In this document: piece after piece, positions 1 through 13,700 of the stretch
How the letters are laid out: the number at the start of each line of letters is the position of its first letter
Position numbering within the stretch: the stretch's first letter is position 1
Origin: Anaeramoeba ignava BMAN
Lineage: Eukaryota; Protista; Anaeramoebae
Direction: 5' to 3'
Assembly: GCA_028826165.1 (NCBI GenBank)
Contig: JAPDFW010000026.1
Coordinates: 5,761-69,760, forward strand
DNA length: 64,000 nucleotides
The notes under the pieces: model-generated
Told to the model about the DNA's origin: nothing
Seen by the model: only the letters and a program-made list of their open reading frames with translations
The model's database searches: none
Program-made: the position numbers and the translations under genes

Positions 1-603
1 ATTGATTTTTTGAACTTGATTTGATTGAATCATTTGGTCAATATTCTGAGTTAATAAATCTCCACAAGATTGAATAAGAAAATCTGATGAAATTCTTTTA
101 GATTTAGAATATACATCAACTAAGTTATCTTGATTTAATGATTGTTGAATATCTTTTTCAATTTTGATTTTGAGTTTTGGTAATATTAGTTTATCAGCTA
201 ATTTGTGATAAGAATCAAAAGATTGTTGAGGAATTTTAATTTCTCCAGTATACAAAAAACCCATAACAGGATCAACAATTCCATATTCAAATTCAGCGAA
301 ATTGATTATCTCCAAATCTTTTTGTCGGAATAATGAATGGAAAAATTGGCTTCTCGAACTTAAAATTAATTTATGGCAACGAAATTCTTTTAGATTTTTA
401 CCACAAATTATTGTAAAATCAGAAAGGGCTGCTTCAGTTTTCAATAAAGCTTTGAGGTCTATCGTGCATTCATCAGAAAGTAAAGCATCAAGTTGATTGT
501 TTGGTAAATTCAATAAGTTTGTATTCATTGCATTTGTGTTCATTGTGTTTGTATTCATTGTGTTTGTATTCATTGTGTTTGTATTCATTGCATTTGTATT
601 CAT
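1..603 (-). CDS. BTB/POZ-BACK domain protein, 5' part (runs off window start)
   Basis: Manual translation from ATG at 603: MNTNAMNTNT...SDFTIICGKNLKEFRCHKLILSSRSQFFHSLF...VMGFLYTGEIKI...LNQDNLVDVY. Contains the BTB motifs HKLIL and FLYTG and a BACK-like segment; open to position 1. Not in the ORF track. Confidence 0.9.
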   Translation of the reverse strand, partial: MNTNAMNTNTMNTNTMNTNTMNTNAMNTNLLNLPNNQLDALLSDECTIDLKALLKTEAALSDFTIICGKNLKEFRCHKLILSSRSQFFHSLFRQKDLEIINFAEFEYGIVDPVMGFLYTGEIKIPQQSFDSYHKLADKLILPKLKIKIEKDIQQSLNQDNLVDVYSKSKRISSDFLIQSCGDLLTQNIDQMIQSNQVQKIN

Positions 604-1804
604 TGTGTTTGTGTTTTTGTTTTTGTTTAAAAAAAAATGAAAAAAAAATGAAAAAAAATTTTTTTTTTAATTTATATTTTTCCTATTTACTCTTATATCA
701 AATTTAATAATAAATAATTTAAGTTCCTTATTTAAATAATTTAAATTTAATTTCAAAAAAATAAATTATTAAAGGTTTTTTTGATTAAAAATTTAATTAA
801 ATAATTTTTTTAATTTAAAATTAGTTTTGATTCTTTTTAAAAATAATTAAATTAAATTATAAATCAATTTAATGAAAAAAAATTAAATAAATTTCCTTTC
901 TCTTCATATATTTACTTGTTATTATTATTGTTATTTTTTTTATTAAATTTTTTTTTCCGATTTTTTATTTATTTTTTTTTTATTTCATTTTTAATTAAAA
1001 AATTAACATAAATTATCTTTTAAAAAAAAATTTTGAATTAAAACTTAATATTTATCTTAAAAGTTAATGAATTAAAATTATTAAAATAGAGTTTTTTTCT
1101 TATTAAAATTATGTTTAATTTATCAAGCCTTTTGTTATATATTTTTTAAATATAATTTTTTTAATTAATTTTATTCTATTTCTTTTTTTCTCATAATTTT
1201 ATTTCACAAATTATTCAAGAAGTTTATTATTATTTGATTATTTTCCTCTTTTTTCTTTTTATTATTCATTTTGCTTCTTTTTATTCATTTTTTATCAATT
1301 TTTCATTTTTAGATTATTTTTAATTTTTATTTTATTATTTATTTTAATTTTAATTTGGATTTTTTATTTTGATTTTTCTTATAAAAAATTTAATAAAATA
1401 AACATTATTTTTTTTTTCATTTTTTTCATTTTTTATTCCTTTATTAATTTTAATTTATTTATAATAAAATGAATGTATCAATGTTTATAAATAAGTTTTT
1501 GTGATTATTTATTTATATTTTAAATTAATTTCAATTTATTCAAATTGGGATTTCTTATTTAAAAAACAAAAAATAAAAACAATTTTCCTTTTTTTATTTA
1601 ATTAATTAAACTTATTTTTGTTTTTGAATTTGTTTTAGAAAGTATAATTTAATATTATAACAAATAAATTTAATATTATTAATGATTCATAGAGATGAGA
1701 ATTTTTGTAGTCTTTAATCAAAATTAAAATCAAAATTAAAATTGAAATTAAAAAATTAATCAAAAAATGGAAAATAAAAACTAATAAGAAACTGGAAAAG
1801 AAGT

Positions 1805-4800
1805 TTTAAATCATTTCTTAATTAATTTTATTGCAAAATAATAAATAAATTATAATTAAAAATTAAATTAAATTTTTATCTAATTTTTGTTTCAAATTTA
1901 TTTCATTATTTTTAATAATATTTTAATTTAGTATTAATAATAAATTCTTTTTTAAAATCATTTCTTAATTAATTTTATTACAAAATAATAAATAAATTAT
2001 TATTAAAAATTAAATTAAATTTTTATCTAATTTTTGTTTCAAATTTATTTCATTATTTTTAATAATTTTAATTTAATATTAATAATAAATTCTTTTTTAA
2101 AATCATTTCTTAATTAATTTTATTGCAAAATAATAAATTAATTATAATTAAAAATTAAATTTTTATCTAATTTTTGTTTCAAATTTATTTCTTTGTTTTT
2201 AATAATATTAATTTAATATTAATAATAAATTCGGTTTTTAAAATCATTTCTTAATTAATTTTATTGCAAAAATAATAAATAAATTATAATTAAAAATTAA
2301 ATTAAATTTTATCTAATTTTTGTTTAAATTTATTTCTTTAATTTAATAATTTTAATTTAATATTAATAATAAATTCTTTTTAAAATTATTTCTTAATTAA
2401 TTTTATTGCAAAATAATAAATAAATTATAATTAAAAATTAAATTAAATTTTTATCTAATTTTTGTTTCAAATTTATTTCTTTATTTTTAATAATATTGAT
2501 TTAATATTAATAATAAATCCTTTTTAAAATTATTTCTTAATTAATTTTATTACAAAATAATAAATTAATTATAATTAAAAATTAAGTTAAATTTTTATCT
2601 AATTTTTGTTTCAAATTTATTTCTTAATTTTTAATAATATTAATTTAATATTAATAATAAATTTGTTTTTAAAATCATTTTTAATTAATTTTATTACAAA
2701 AATAATAAATTAATTATTATCAAAAATTAAATTAAATTTTTATCTAATTTTTGTTTCAAATTTATTTTTTAATAATATTAATTTAATATTAATAATAAAT
2801 CCTTTTTAAAATTATTTCTTAATTAATTTTATTACAAAATAATAAATTAATTATAATTAAAAATTAAATTAAATTTTTATCTAATTTTTGTTTTAAATTT
2901 ATTTCTTTTATTTTTAATAATTTTAATTTAATATTAATAATAAATTCTTTTTAAAATCATTTTTAATTAATTTTATTGCAAAATAATAAATTAATTATAA
3001 TTAAAAATTAAATTAAATTTTTATCTAATTTTTGTTTCAAATTTATTTCTTTATTTTTAATAATATTTATTTAATATTAATAATAAATTCTTTTTAAAAT
3101 CATTTTTTAATTAATTTTATTACAAAATAATAAATAAATTATAATTAAAAATTAAATTAAATATTTATCTAATTTTTGTTTTAAATTTATTTCTTTATTT
3201 TTATTAATATTAATTTAATATTAATAATAAATTCTTTTTAAAATCATTTCTTAATTAATTTTATTGCAAAATAATAAATTAATTATTATCAAAAAATTAA
3301 ATTAAATTTTTATCTAATTTTTGTTTCAAATTTATTTCTTTTATTTTTAATAATATTTATTTAATATTAATAATAAATTCTTTTTAAAATCATTCTTGAT
3401 TAATTTTATTACAAAATAATAAATAAATTATAATTAAAAATTAAATTAAATTTTTATCTAATTTTTGTTTCAAATTTATTTCATTATTTTTAATAATAAT
3501 AATTTAATATTAATAATAAATCCTTTTTAAAATTATTTCTTAATTAATTTTATTACAAAATAATAAATTAATTATAATTAAAAATTAAATTAAATTTTTA
3601 TCTAATTTTTGTTTCAAATTTATTTCATTATTTTTAATAATATTAATTTAATATTAATAATAAATTCTTTTTAAAATTATTTTTAATTAATTTTATTGCA
3701 AAATAGTAAATAAATTATAATTAAAAATTAAATTAAATATTTATCTAATTTTTGTTTTAATTTTATTTCTTTATTTTTAATAATATTGATTTAATATTAA
3801 TAATAAATTCTTTTTAAAATCATTTCTTAATTAATTTTATTGCAAAATAATAAATAAATTATAATTAAAAATTAAATTAAATTTTTATCTAATTTTTGTT
3901 TCAAATTTATTTCTTTATTTTTAATAATATTAATTTAATATTAATAATAAATTCTTTTTTAAATCATTTCAATTAAATTTATTACAAAATAATAAATAAA
4001 TTATAATTAAAAATTAAATTAAATTTTTATCTAATTTTTGTTTCAAATTTATTTCATTATTTTTTATTAATATTACTTTAATATTAATAATAAATTCTTT
4101 TTAAATCATTTCTTGATTAATTTTATTGCAAAATAATAAATAAATTATAATTAAAAATTAAATTAAATTTTTATCTAATTTTTGTTTCAAATTTATTTAT
4201 TTTTATTTTTAATAACATTTATTTAATATTAATAATAAATCCTTTTTAAATCATTTCTTGATTAATTTTATTACAAAATAATAAATTAATTATTATTAAA
4301 AATTAAATTAAATATTTTATCTAATTTTTGTTTCAAATTTATTTCTTTATTTTTAATAATATTAATTTAATATTAATAATAAATTCTTTTTAAATTATTT
4401 CTTAATTAATTTTATTACAAAATAATAAATTAATTATTATTAAAAATTAAATTAAATATTTTATCTAATTTTTGTTTCAAATTTATTTCTTTATTTTTAA
4501 TAATATTGATTTAATATTAATAATAAATCCTTTTTAAATCATTTCTTGATTAATTTTATTACAAAATAATAAATTAATTATAATTAAAAATTAAGTAAAA
4601 TAATAAACAAAATATTTTAATAAATTTATTTCTTTTATTTTTAATAACATTTATTTAATATTAATAATAAATACTTTTTAAATCATTTCTTGATTAATTT
4701 TATTACAAAATAGTAAATTAATTATAATTAAAAATTAAAGTAAAATAATAAATAAAATATTTTAATAATTTTATTTCTTTATTTTTAATAATATTAATTT

Positions 4801-5600
4801 AATATTAATAATAAATTCTTTTTAAAATTATTTTTAATTAATTTTATTACAAAATAATAAATTAATTATAATTAAAAATTAAGTAAAATAATAAACAAAA
4901 TATTTTAATAAATTTATTTCTTTATTTTTAATAATATTAATTTAGTATTAATAATAAATTCTTTTTAAAATCATTTCTTAATTAATTTTATTGTAAAATA
5001 ATAAATTAATTTTATTAAAAATTAAATTAAATATTTATCTAATTTTTGTTTCAAATTTATTTCTTTATTTTTAATAATTTTAATTTAATATTAATAATAA
5101 ATTCTTTTTAAAATTATTTCTTAATTAATTTTATTACAAAATAATAAATAAATTATAATTAAAAATTAAATTAAATATTTATCTAATTTTTTGTTTCAAT
5201 TTTATTTCTTTATTTTTAATAATATTTATTTAATATTAATAATAGAAAAGTTTTTAAAATTATTTTTGATTAATTTTATTACAAAATAATAAATAAATTA
5301 TAATTAAAAATTAAATTAAATTTTTATCTAATTTTTGTTTTAAATTTATTTCTTTATTTTTAATAATTTTAATTTAATATTAATAATAAATTCTTTTTTG
5401 AAATTATTTTTTGATTAATTTTAATGCAAAATAATAAATTAATTATTATCAAAAATTAAATTAAATTTTTATCTAATTTTTGTTTCAATTTTATTTCTTT
5501 ATTTTTAATAATATTAATTTAATATTAATAATAAATTTTTTTTTAAATCATTTTTGATTAATTTTATTGCAAAATAATAAATAAATTATAATTAAAAATT
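1805..5600. repeat. Tandem satellite, ~144-bp unit, ~26-27 copies
   Basis: Unit AAATCATTTCTTAATTAATTTTATTGCAAAATAATAAATAAATTATAATTAAAAATTAAATTAAATTTTTATCTAATTTTTGTTTCAAATTTATTTC... recurs at about 1808, 1955, 2100, 2241, 2384 ... 5401, 5545. Confidence 0.95.
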
Positions 5601-5633
5601 TTTTCATTTTTTTCTTTTCTTTTTGAAAAAAAA

Positions 5634-7609
5634 ATGGATGTTTTTGAATTAACAAAGAAAAAGATAGAAGCATCACAAATACTTCTTGCCGCATTTGGAA
5701 TTAATCCCAGTTTAATTGAAAATAAGAAAAACTTTGCGTTAATTACACAATTCTTTTATCGACAATTCCTTTTAGTTCCAGTAATAATTTCAATTTAAAA
5801 AAAAAAATTTAAATAAAAAATTTTTCTCAATTCAAAAACAACAAAAATGATGAATGAAAAATATTAAAGTGCAAAACTAAATTGGGAGATTTTTGGAAAC
5901 CAACAATAATTGTTTTTGAAAATGAAAAGATAAAGTTAATTCTTCGAGATACAAGAGAAAAAATATTTACATCTAAATTTTCTAATGAAAAATTACAATC
6001 AAATTTATCTCTTGATCATGAAACTATTATTACTGTTTGTGTTGATGGTGAAAATTCTTATTCTTTGAGGTTTGAAAATCGCGAAAAAGCTTTGATTATT
6101 TTGGAAGTTTTTAATGTTATTATTAGTTGTGATCAAGTTCAAAGAAGATTAGAATATATTTCTCATATTAACAAAAGGGATCTTTTAGATGGTTAATTAA
6201 AATTCATTTATAAAATTAAAATTAAATTAAAATTCATTTATAAAATTAAAATTAAAATCAAAATTAAAATTAAAATTAAAATTAAAATTCATTTAAAAAT
6301 TAAAATTAAAATAAAAATTAAAATTAAAATTAAAATTAAAATTCATTTATAAAATTAAAATTAAAATTAAAATTAAAATTAAAATTAAAATTAAAATTAA
6401 AATTCATTTAAAAAATTAAAATTAAAATAAAAATTAAAATTAAAATTCATTTAAAAATTAAAATTAAAATTAAAATTAAAATTAAAATTCATTTAAAAAA
6501 TTAAAATTAAAATTTATTTATAAAATTTATTGTAAAATTTTTTTAGAACAAGACTTCTTGAATGCAATGGTTATTTGTCATTGGGGAAGAAAATCAACTT
6601 CTTTTGATATTACTTTTAAAGAACAACCAGCAACAATCATTTTAAAAAAACATAAACTCATAATTACATTATTTTATAAAATTAAAATTCCAATTTCATT
6701 AAATTTCAAAGTAAAAAATTTGAAAGAAAAAAAAATCAAGAAAAAAAATAAATTGAAAAAAAATTTGGATTAGATTTTTAAGGATCAAACAGATGCAACT
6801 CAATTAATTTTAAAAAGCCAAGGATACAAAGAGCAATTATTAGATCGAAATAGTTATACATTGAGATTTTCAAATGAATTATCACGAAATTATTTAATCT
6901 GGTTAATTTCACTTAAATTCCGAATTCCAAGTTTAAAATTCATTCACACTTTATTAACATCAACAGAAGGATCAACAACACTTCATTCAAATCATCTTTT
7001 TGAGCATCCTTTATACAGAGAAATCAATAAGGAAAAAGTTGTTCGTGAAATGAATATGGTTATTGGCTCTCAAAGATTAAAAGCTCCGATTTTTCTTTTT
7101 TATACAAAAGTCTCGGCAACTTTAATTCTTGATGATAAGAAATTGAAAATAACAAGAGTTTCTGGTGATAGTATTAGTTGTGAATACAAAAATGTTTCCT
7201 TGTTTATGAACAAAAAAAATACTTCAGTTTTTCTACTTCAAATTTCTGTATTTTTTTTTTGAATTTTTAAATTAAATTTTAATTAATTTTTTATCTAAAA
7301 AAACAAAAAGAATCAACCTTCTTTAATTAGAGTTTTCTTTCAACCTAAAAATCCTAATGATTCGGATATTATTATTAATTCATTCTTTTTTTTCAAATTT
7401 TCATCTCCAAAAGTAAATTTTAAATTTTAAATTTTAAATCTAAAATTAAATTATTTATATTTTATTTTATTTAGCCAAGTGTTTTATGGAAAGAAGAACA
7501 TGCAAGATATCTTAGTTTTGAAATGGAAAATTTTGATTCAGAAGAAGAAAATCAAGAAATTCCAGAAAAAAAGCAAATAATAACAATAACAACCAATAAT
7601 CAAAATTAA
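5634..7609 (+). CDS. Hypothetical 6-exon protein with probable PH-like beta-rich repeats
   Basis: Exons 5634-5780, 5870-6191, 6548-6710, 6774-7246, 7311-7412, 7475-7609 joined by GT-AG introns; merges ORFs 5882, 6558 and 6861. The PH-like call is by pattern only (e.g. YSLRFENREKALIILEVF). Confidence 0.7.
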
Positions 7610-7712
7610 TTTCAAAAAAAAAAGAAGAATAAAATAATTTTTTTTTAATTTTTAAATTTTTTAATTTGTTCTAATGAAACAAATGAAATTTTATATTTTG
7701 TTTTTGTTGTTT

Positions 7713-10700
7713 TTAAAAATTGAAAGAATTGAAAAGATGATAATTTGAAATTTCTGTTTTGACTTCTTGATAATAAGTAGAACCATTGCCGAAATGAGAA
7801 TTGAAAAACTCCAAATCATTTGTTTTTCTTAATTTCATATCAGATTCAATTTTCAAAGCTTTTGATTTCCATTTTTCATTTATATCAGTGATATATTTTT
7901 GTATTGAAGAAGCTCTTTTTGAAGCTTTTTCAAGATAATGTTTCAATTTCTTTGTATTTTTCTGTTGAATTTTTTCTGAAGTTTTCTGCATGTTCTGTTG
8001 AACGGATTGGAGAAGTTTGTTTAATCTGGTTTGGATAGAATCTTTGATAGATTTTGCACGTTCACTAAAGTACCATTGGAAGAATTTGAAAGCGATGAGT
8101 TTATTTTGGCGATCGTGATCGTCTTCGAAATTTGAAAAAAGAGAATCGATATTTTGCTTTTCATTTTCAGTTGGATTTTGATTTGAATTTTCAGTTTGAT
8201 TTTCAATTTGATTTGGATTGGCAAAAAGATGGTCCATAAATTCGGTGCTATCTTGAACAATTTTGGAGATTGCCTTCTTATTTTCTTCGAGTCTTCCAAA
8301 GGCATTTTGTAAAATGGAGATGATTTCAATTCTTGTTGTTGTATTGAAAGAGTCGTTATGGATCAAAGCGAGCAAGTAAAGGATACCGTTTGAGTCTCTG
8401 AACTTTGAAGATTCAGCAACAATCTCGAAATCGAAGTGGTTGAGAACTGAGAGGATGGTTTGTTCTGAAGAATGTTCTTTGAGCGTATTTATGAGGAGGA
8501 TATTGAGAACGATATTATCGCGCATTTCAAACAAACCTGCATTTTTCATGGAGGTGCGCACTTGGGTATCGTTTTCTCGGACGAGGAGGTTAATGAATTG
8601 TAATGAGTGGAGGTATATTGTTGGAGTGTAGATGTCTAACGTTTCATCGAAAAACTTTTTCAGACCCACAAAGTTGCGCAGAAGATAGTCGCATGTTTCA
8701 CCGCCTGGAAGCCGAGGGTTTTTGGAAAAGTATTGTAGAATCAATCCGAGAATTTCAGAGTCGAAATTTTTTGCGGATTGGAGTTTCTGAAACTTAGTGA
8801 GTCGTGTGGGTTTTTTGGAGAGTTCGAAAATTATGAGTTTTTGCAAAACGGATCGGATTTTGTTCATCAATTTGATAATTCTTTTTTTACGTTTTTCGAA
8901 AAATTTCTTTTTGTTTGAGGATTCGTTATCGATGGTGTTTGCTTGTGTGTTTTCTGTGAGGATTGCTTTCTGTGAATCTGCAATGTGAATTTCAAGCTGC
9001 AATCTGATGTTCTGCAGAAAGTTCCACAACCACTCCAAAATACCTGCATCCCATAGAAGTTGTGCGTTTTCTGGGTTCAGAAGTTTTTCGAAGTCGAGAA
9101 GAAATTGGTACCGGAGCTCGTACATGTCGTTGATGTGATCGAAATCGGATTCAGAATCTGATTCTGTTTGTGTTTCCTTTTCGCTCTTTTGTTCGTAGTC
9201 GCTTTCTTGGCGCATAAAGAAAAGTTCCACATTTCGCGCCATTTTTGGTTTTTCTTGCGAGATGTTTAATTCTGTTTTTGATTTTGATTTTGTACTTTTT
9301 TCAAATTCAATTTCATTTTTGGTCATTTCGTTTTTATTTTCGTTTTTAATTTCGTTTGTGTCTTCCTCTTTTTGTAATTGAATATCTGTTCTATTATGTT
9401 CTCTGACATGAAGCATATCGAAAAGGATGCGAATCACATCGACATGCACAATTCTCGGCGAAATCTTGCGTTTCGGGAAAACACGAAGACCATCTTTGCG
9501 TTGAGTTGAATCATCCTTTTGAGCAGAGGGTGTTTTCTGGTTGGGTGTCTTACCCTTCTTCTCTTGGCATGCAAATGATCCAATTGCAAGATTAAGAAGA
9601 ACATCAAGTGTTTTTGCTGTTATTCTGAAACTTGTGAGTGTGGATGCAACCGATTCGAAACCGAGCATGCGAGCAAAGGAGTCTCTATTACGACGAGAAA
9701 TATCGAACATCAATCCAATCATTTTGACAGCTAAAATCCTGATGTTTTCTTCTGTTGATTTCAGAAGAATGAAAAGAACTTGGAATCCGCCAATAGTTTT
9801 TAAATGATGAACCAATCGAGCATTTTTCTGCATTTCTTGGAAAATGATATTCAGGATATCCGATTTCACTCGATGGTGCGAGTCGGGTTCTGCGCAGAGA
9901 AACATGAAAAGAGTCTCAAAGGCCTTCTCGTTTGATGTTGATATTAATTTGGATAAAATTGCAAGTAAAATATGGCGATGTTTGGCAGATAATGCAATTA
10001 AGAGATTAATAATCCCAAACAATCCTGGTCCGCCTTCTCCCATCCACACCTGTAGATTTGTGGCTGAATTCAGAATCATATTGCTGAGCATCTTCAGAGA
10101 CATTTTAGTCACATTATCATCATTGAAGGTGCAAATCAAGTTTATAATGCAAAACAAGCAATCCACTCTTTTGAACATTTTAATATTATTCTGTCTAACA
10201 CCATCAGAGCAAATATCGAATAATATCCGAATAATCTCAATCGAGGGTTTGTTTTTACTCAGCAAATGATAAAGAATTGCATATCCGTTGCATTTGTGGA
10301 ATTCTTCTAAATTTCGTTTCGATTTTTCAAGAAGAACTGATAGTATTTGGAGTGCGTTGATTTGATATTGTTCACCAAATTCAAGAAGAGGGAAACATAT
10401 TTTGATTCCGCCAATTTGAGGAATAATTTCCTTGAGTGAGAAGGTGGAGAAAGCGGTTACACCACCAACAAGTTCAGCGACGAAGTTTGCATCTGGAGGA
10501 AGGAGATTTGCAAAACTGAAGTTATTTTGATTTAAATTTTGATTTTGATTTGAATTTTGATTTTGATTTGAATTTGAATTTGAATTTATGCTGCTATTAT
10601 CAATATCAATGTTCACATCAACATCAAGCTTCGTTTCAATAATATTCTCGTTCGTGTTTGTGATTGCTGTGCTCATCTTCATTGCTATTGTTTCCATCTT

Positions 10701-13700
10701 CATTTCTTCAATATTCAATGCTTCAGGTGATTGTATTCCTCCTTGTGAATGTGCTAATTGAAATATGCTCTTTCGATATCCCGAAGATAAAGGATTTCCA
10801 AAAATATTACTTATTCGAGAATTGTTTGTCAAAAACAAATTCTGGATTTGTGTTGAATTATCATTAGATTGAGGTTCTTTTTCCTTGTCTTTGATTTCTT
10901 TAATTTCTTTTGTTTCCTTCTCCTTATCTTTGGTTTCTTTTTCTTTAGTATCTTTGCTTTCTTTTGTTTCCTTCTCTTTATCTTTACTTTCTTTTTCTTT
11001 AGTATCTTTGGTTTCTTTTGTTGTTGTTGTTGTTATTTGAGGTGTTTGTTGGCTGCGCAAGTTTTCAACATCAATATTAGTAACACCAAATTGAAGTTCA
11101 AGTGAAAGTTCCTTTTCCATTCTTGATTCTTTATTTTGATTTTCTTTTACATTTTTCAAATTGGAATCCTGGTCTTTTTCCTGTTCTTCTTTCGGGATTT
11201 TCAAGGTTTGGTCTTGTTCTTTTTCTTGGTATTCTTTGATCGGTTCAATTTCTTTTTTTGGATCTTCAATAAGATTAAGTGTATTTTTCTCCTGATTTTG
11301 ATTTTCGTCTTTTTGATTTTCATCTTTTAAATTTTTCTCTTTTAAATTTTCATCTTTTAAATTTTCATCTTTTTGATTTTCATCTTTTAGATTTTTTTCT
11401 TTTAAATTTTCATCTTTTAAATTTTCATCTTTGATATTTTCATTTGTTTGCGGTTCTTCGTTTATAACTTGAGGGGGAATTGGAACGGCTTCTGTAACAA
11501 GATTTTCGATACTCTTTTCTCTTTTGAGTTTTGGATAATTTTTTGATAGTTTGGAAAATTCAGTTGGAGAAATAACACAAAATTCACGATTTTCAATTCC
11601 AATATCCTTGTATTTTTGGTCGAAATCCATACCGCACCAAAAAAGCTTTTCGCATTGTGCTTTATCAAGAGCATTTTCGCAGAAACGAATTGTGCCCATT
11701 TCACCGTTGAAGAAGTGGTGTGAATAAACAAAGATTTTTTGCTTATCATTTTCACCATCTGTTGTTGAGATGAGATATTCATCTTCTGAGTTGTGTTCTT
11801 GATCGATCGAGTTGATTTTAGGTTGGTCTTGTTTATCTTGTTTTTCTTGTTGTGAATATTTGAATTCCAGCATTGAACCAACAGACGCAAATAAAGGTTT
11901 ATCTTTTGAGACGGTTTTGAAATAGTTGAAATCGGGACATCCACCAATTTCTTTTCCGTTGATATAAAGAGTAACTACGTTTCTTTTATGAGAAAAAACA
12001 AGATGATAAAACCGTTTTGTTGGTGAAAAAATAAACTGGTCAAACATGTGAGCTCTTGTTGTATTTTTAAGCCCAGTAGCATGCACAGATAAACAGTATT
12101 GTTTTGTTCCTGTGTCATTATCTGCCACTCTTTGGAAAAAAAGTTGGAAAATATTGCGCCAATTATCATCGTGGAAATATAGAACTCCGTAACGGTTTTT
12201 TTGGAAGTTGCTTAATCTTACCCAACATTGGAAAGTGTATCCTGTTTTGAGATTGGGGAACTTGTCGAATGGTTTGAGTTTCAGGTAACTCTTGATTCCG
12301 TTGAATGCGAAATATGTTTTCGGTGTTAAACGTTCTGCTGCAAATTTGATTGTCGATAAACAATTCATCCCGATTTTCTCACCTATGCCATTTGCCAATC
12401 CAAGATCTATTGTTTTCTCATTTTCTATTTTTGTTTCCGAGTTTAAATTGTCGCTGGTTTTTTCCTTTTCCGCATTTCCACTTGTTTTTGTTTTTGCATT
12501 TGGATCTGGAACTTGTGAATTTAGATTTGAATTTGAATTTGAATTTGAATTTTGGATCATTTTGGGTAAATTGGAAAAAATTGAGAAATATTTCTTGTTG
12601 GAGTAATACAAATAACGGAAAAGCATTAAAGCCTCACTTGAGCGCAAATGGAAAGATCCCAAAATCGAAAGCAAGATGAACCAGAATTTCATCATTTGAG
12701 GTTCTTGTTTTGCGCGGAAAAGCAGATAGAAAATACCACCATTTTTGGAAAAAAGATGTTGATTTTCTGGGTTTTTCTCGATTACAAAAAGAAGGAAATC
12801 CATGATTTGGCGCCATTTTTCGGTGTCATTTGAATGAATAGGAAGAACTTCGAAAAGCATATAAATTGCATCTGAATTGAGGAAAGTAAGCTTACGAGTT
12901 TTGTGGTAAGATTTAAGATAGTGGATTGTCAGATGAATCAAGCTGTTGTGAGTTTCAATGCGTTTTTCCATTTGAACGAGTGGATTTATTGATACATTTG
13001 TTGTTGGTGCTGATAGTTTGTTCAGTTCTGTTTCAATACTACTATTTTTGGAAAAATTACTGGAATTGCTTTCAGGATCAGAACTCAAGTTTACTGAATA
13101 AGGTTTGTTTGATTCGTTGAAGCTGTATGTACTTATGTCTGTTGTGGAATCTTGAAAATTATTGCTGTTGTTATCGTTATTGATATTCTTACCCAAATTA
13201 TTATTGTTACTATTAGCATTAATATTATTATTAATATTATTATTCATCATTTTGTTCAGTTTGCTAATTGATTGTTTAGTGAAAATGGATTGATCTTCGT
13301 TCAAATCAGAGTGTGGATGAGATGAATTAGATTTAGATTTAGATTTGTTTTTGTTTTTGTTTTTATTTTTATTTTTTGGAAGTGTATCTAAAGAAAGATT
13401 TGCTTTGCGAGAAAATTGCTCAATTTTTTCATTTGAAAGAAAACGTGAGTCACGTATGTCGCTATTGAAAGATCTTATTGCTGAAATGGAAGATGAACGG
13501 CGATGAATTGATCTTAAATCAACTACATCTTTTATTCCTCCATCACTGAAAAGATAATTGTCATCATCATCGTCATCATCTTTTTCATCTCCAAATCCGT
13601 ATTCCTGATCGAAAGAATCATATCTTCTCATTGTTCTGTTGATTTTCACAAATTGTGTATCTTGATCAATTTGTTTTATGCTGTGATTTTCTTGTTTGCC

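Noticed and set aside
1805-5600. Possible CRISPR array or mobile element in the satellites (also 37540-39860)
   Set aside because: Whole units repeat with no unique spacers; no cas, transposase, TIR or LTR; eukaryotic context.
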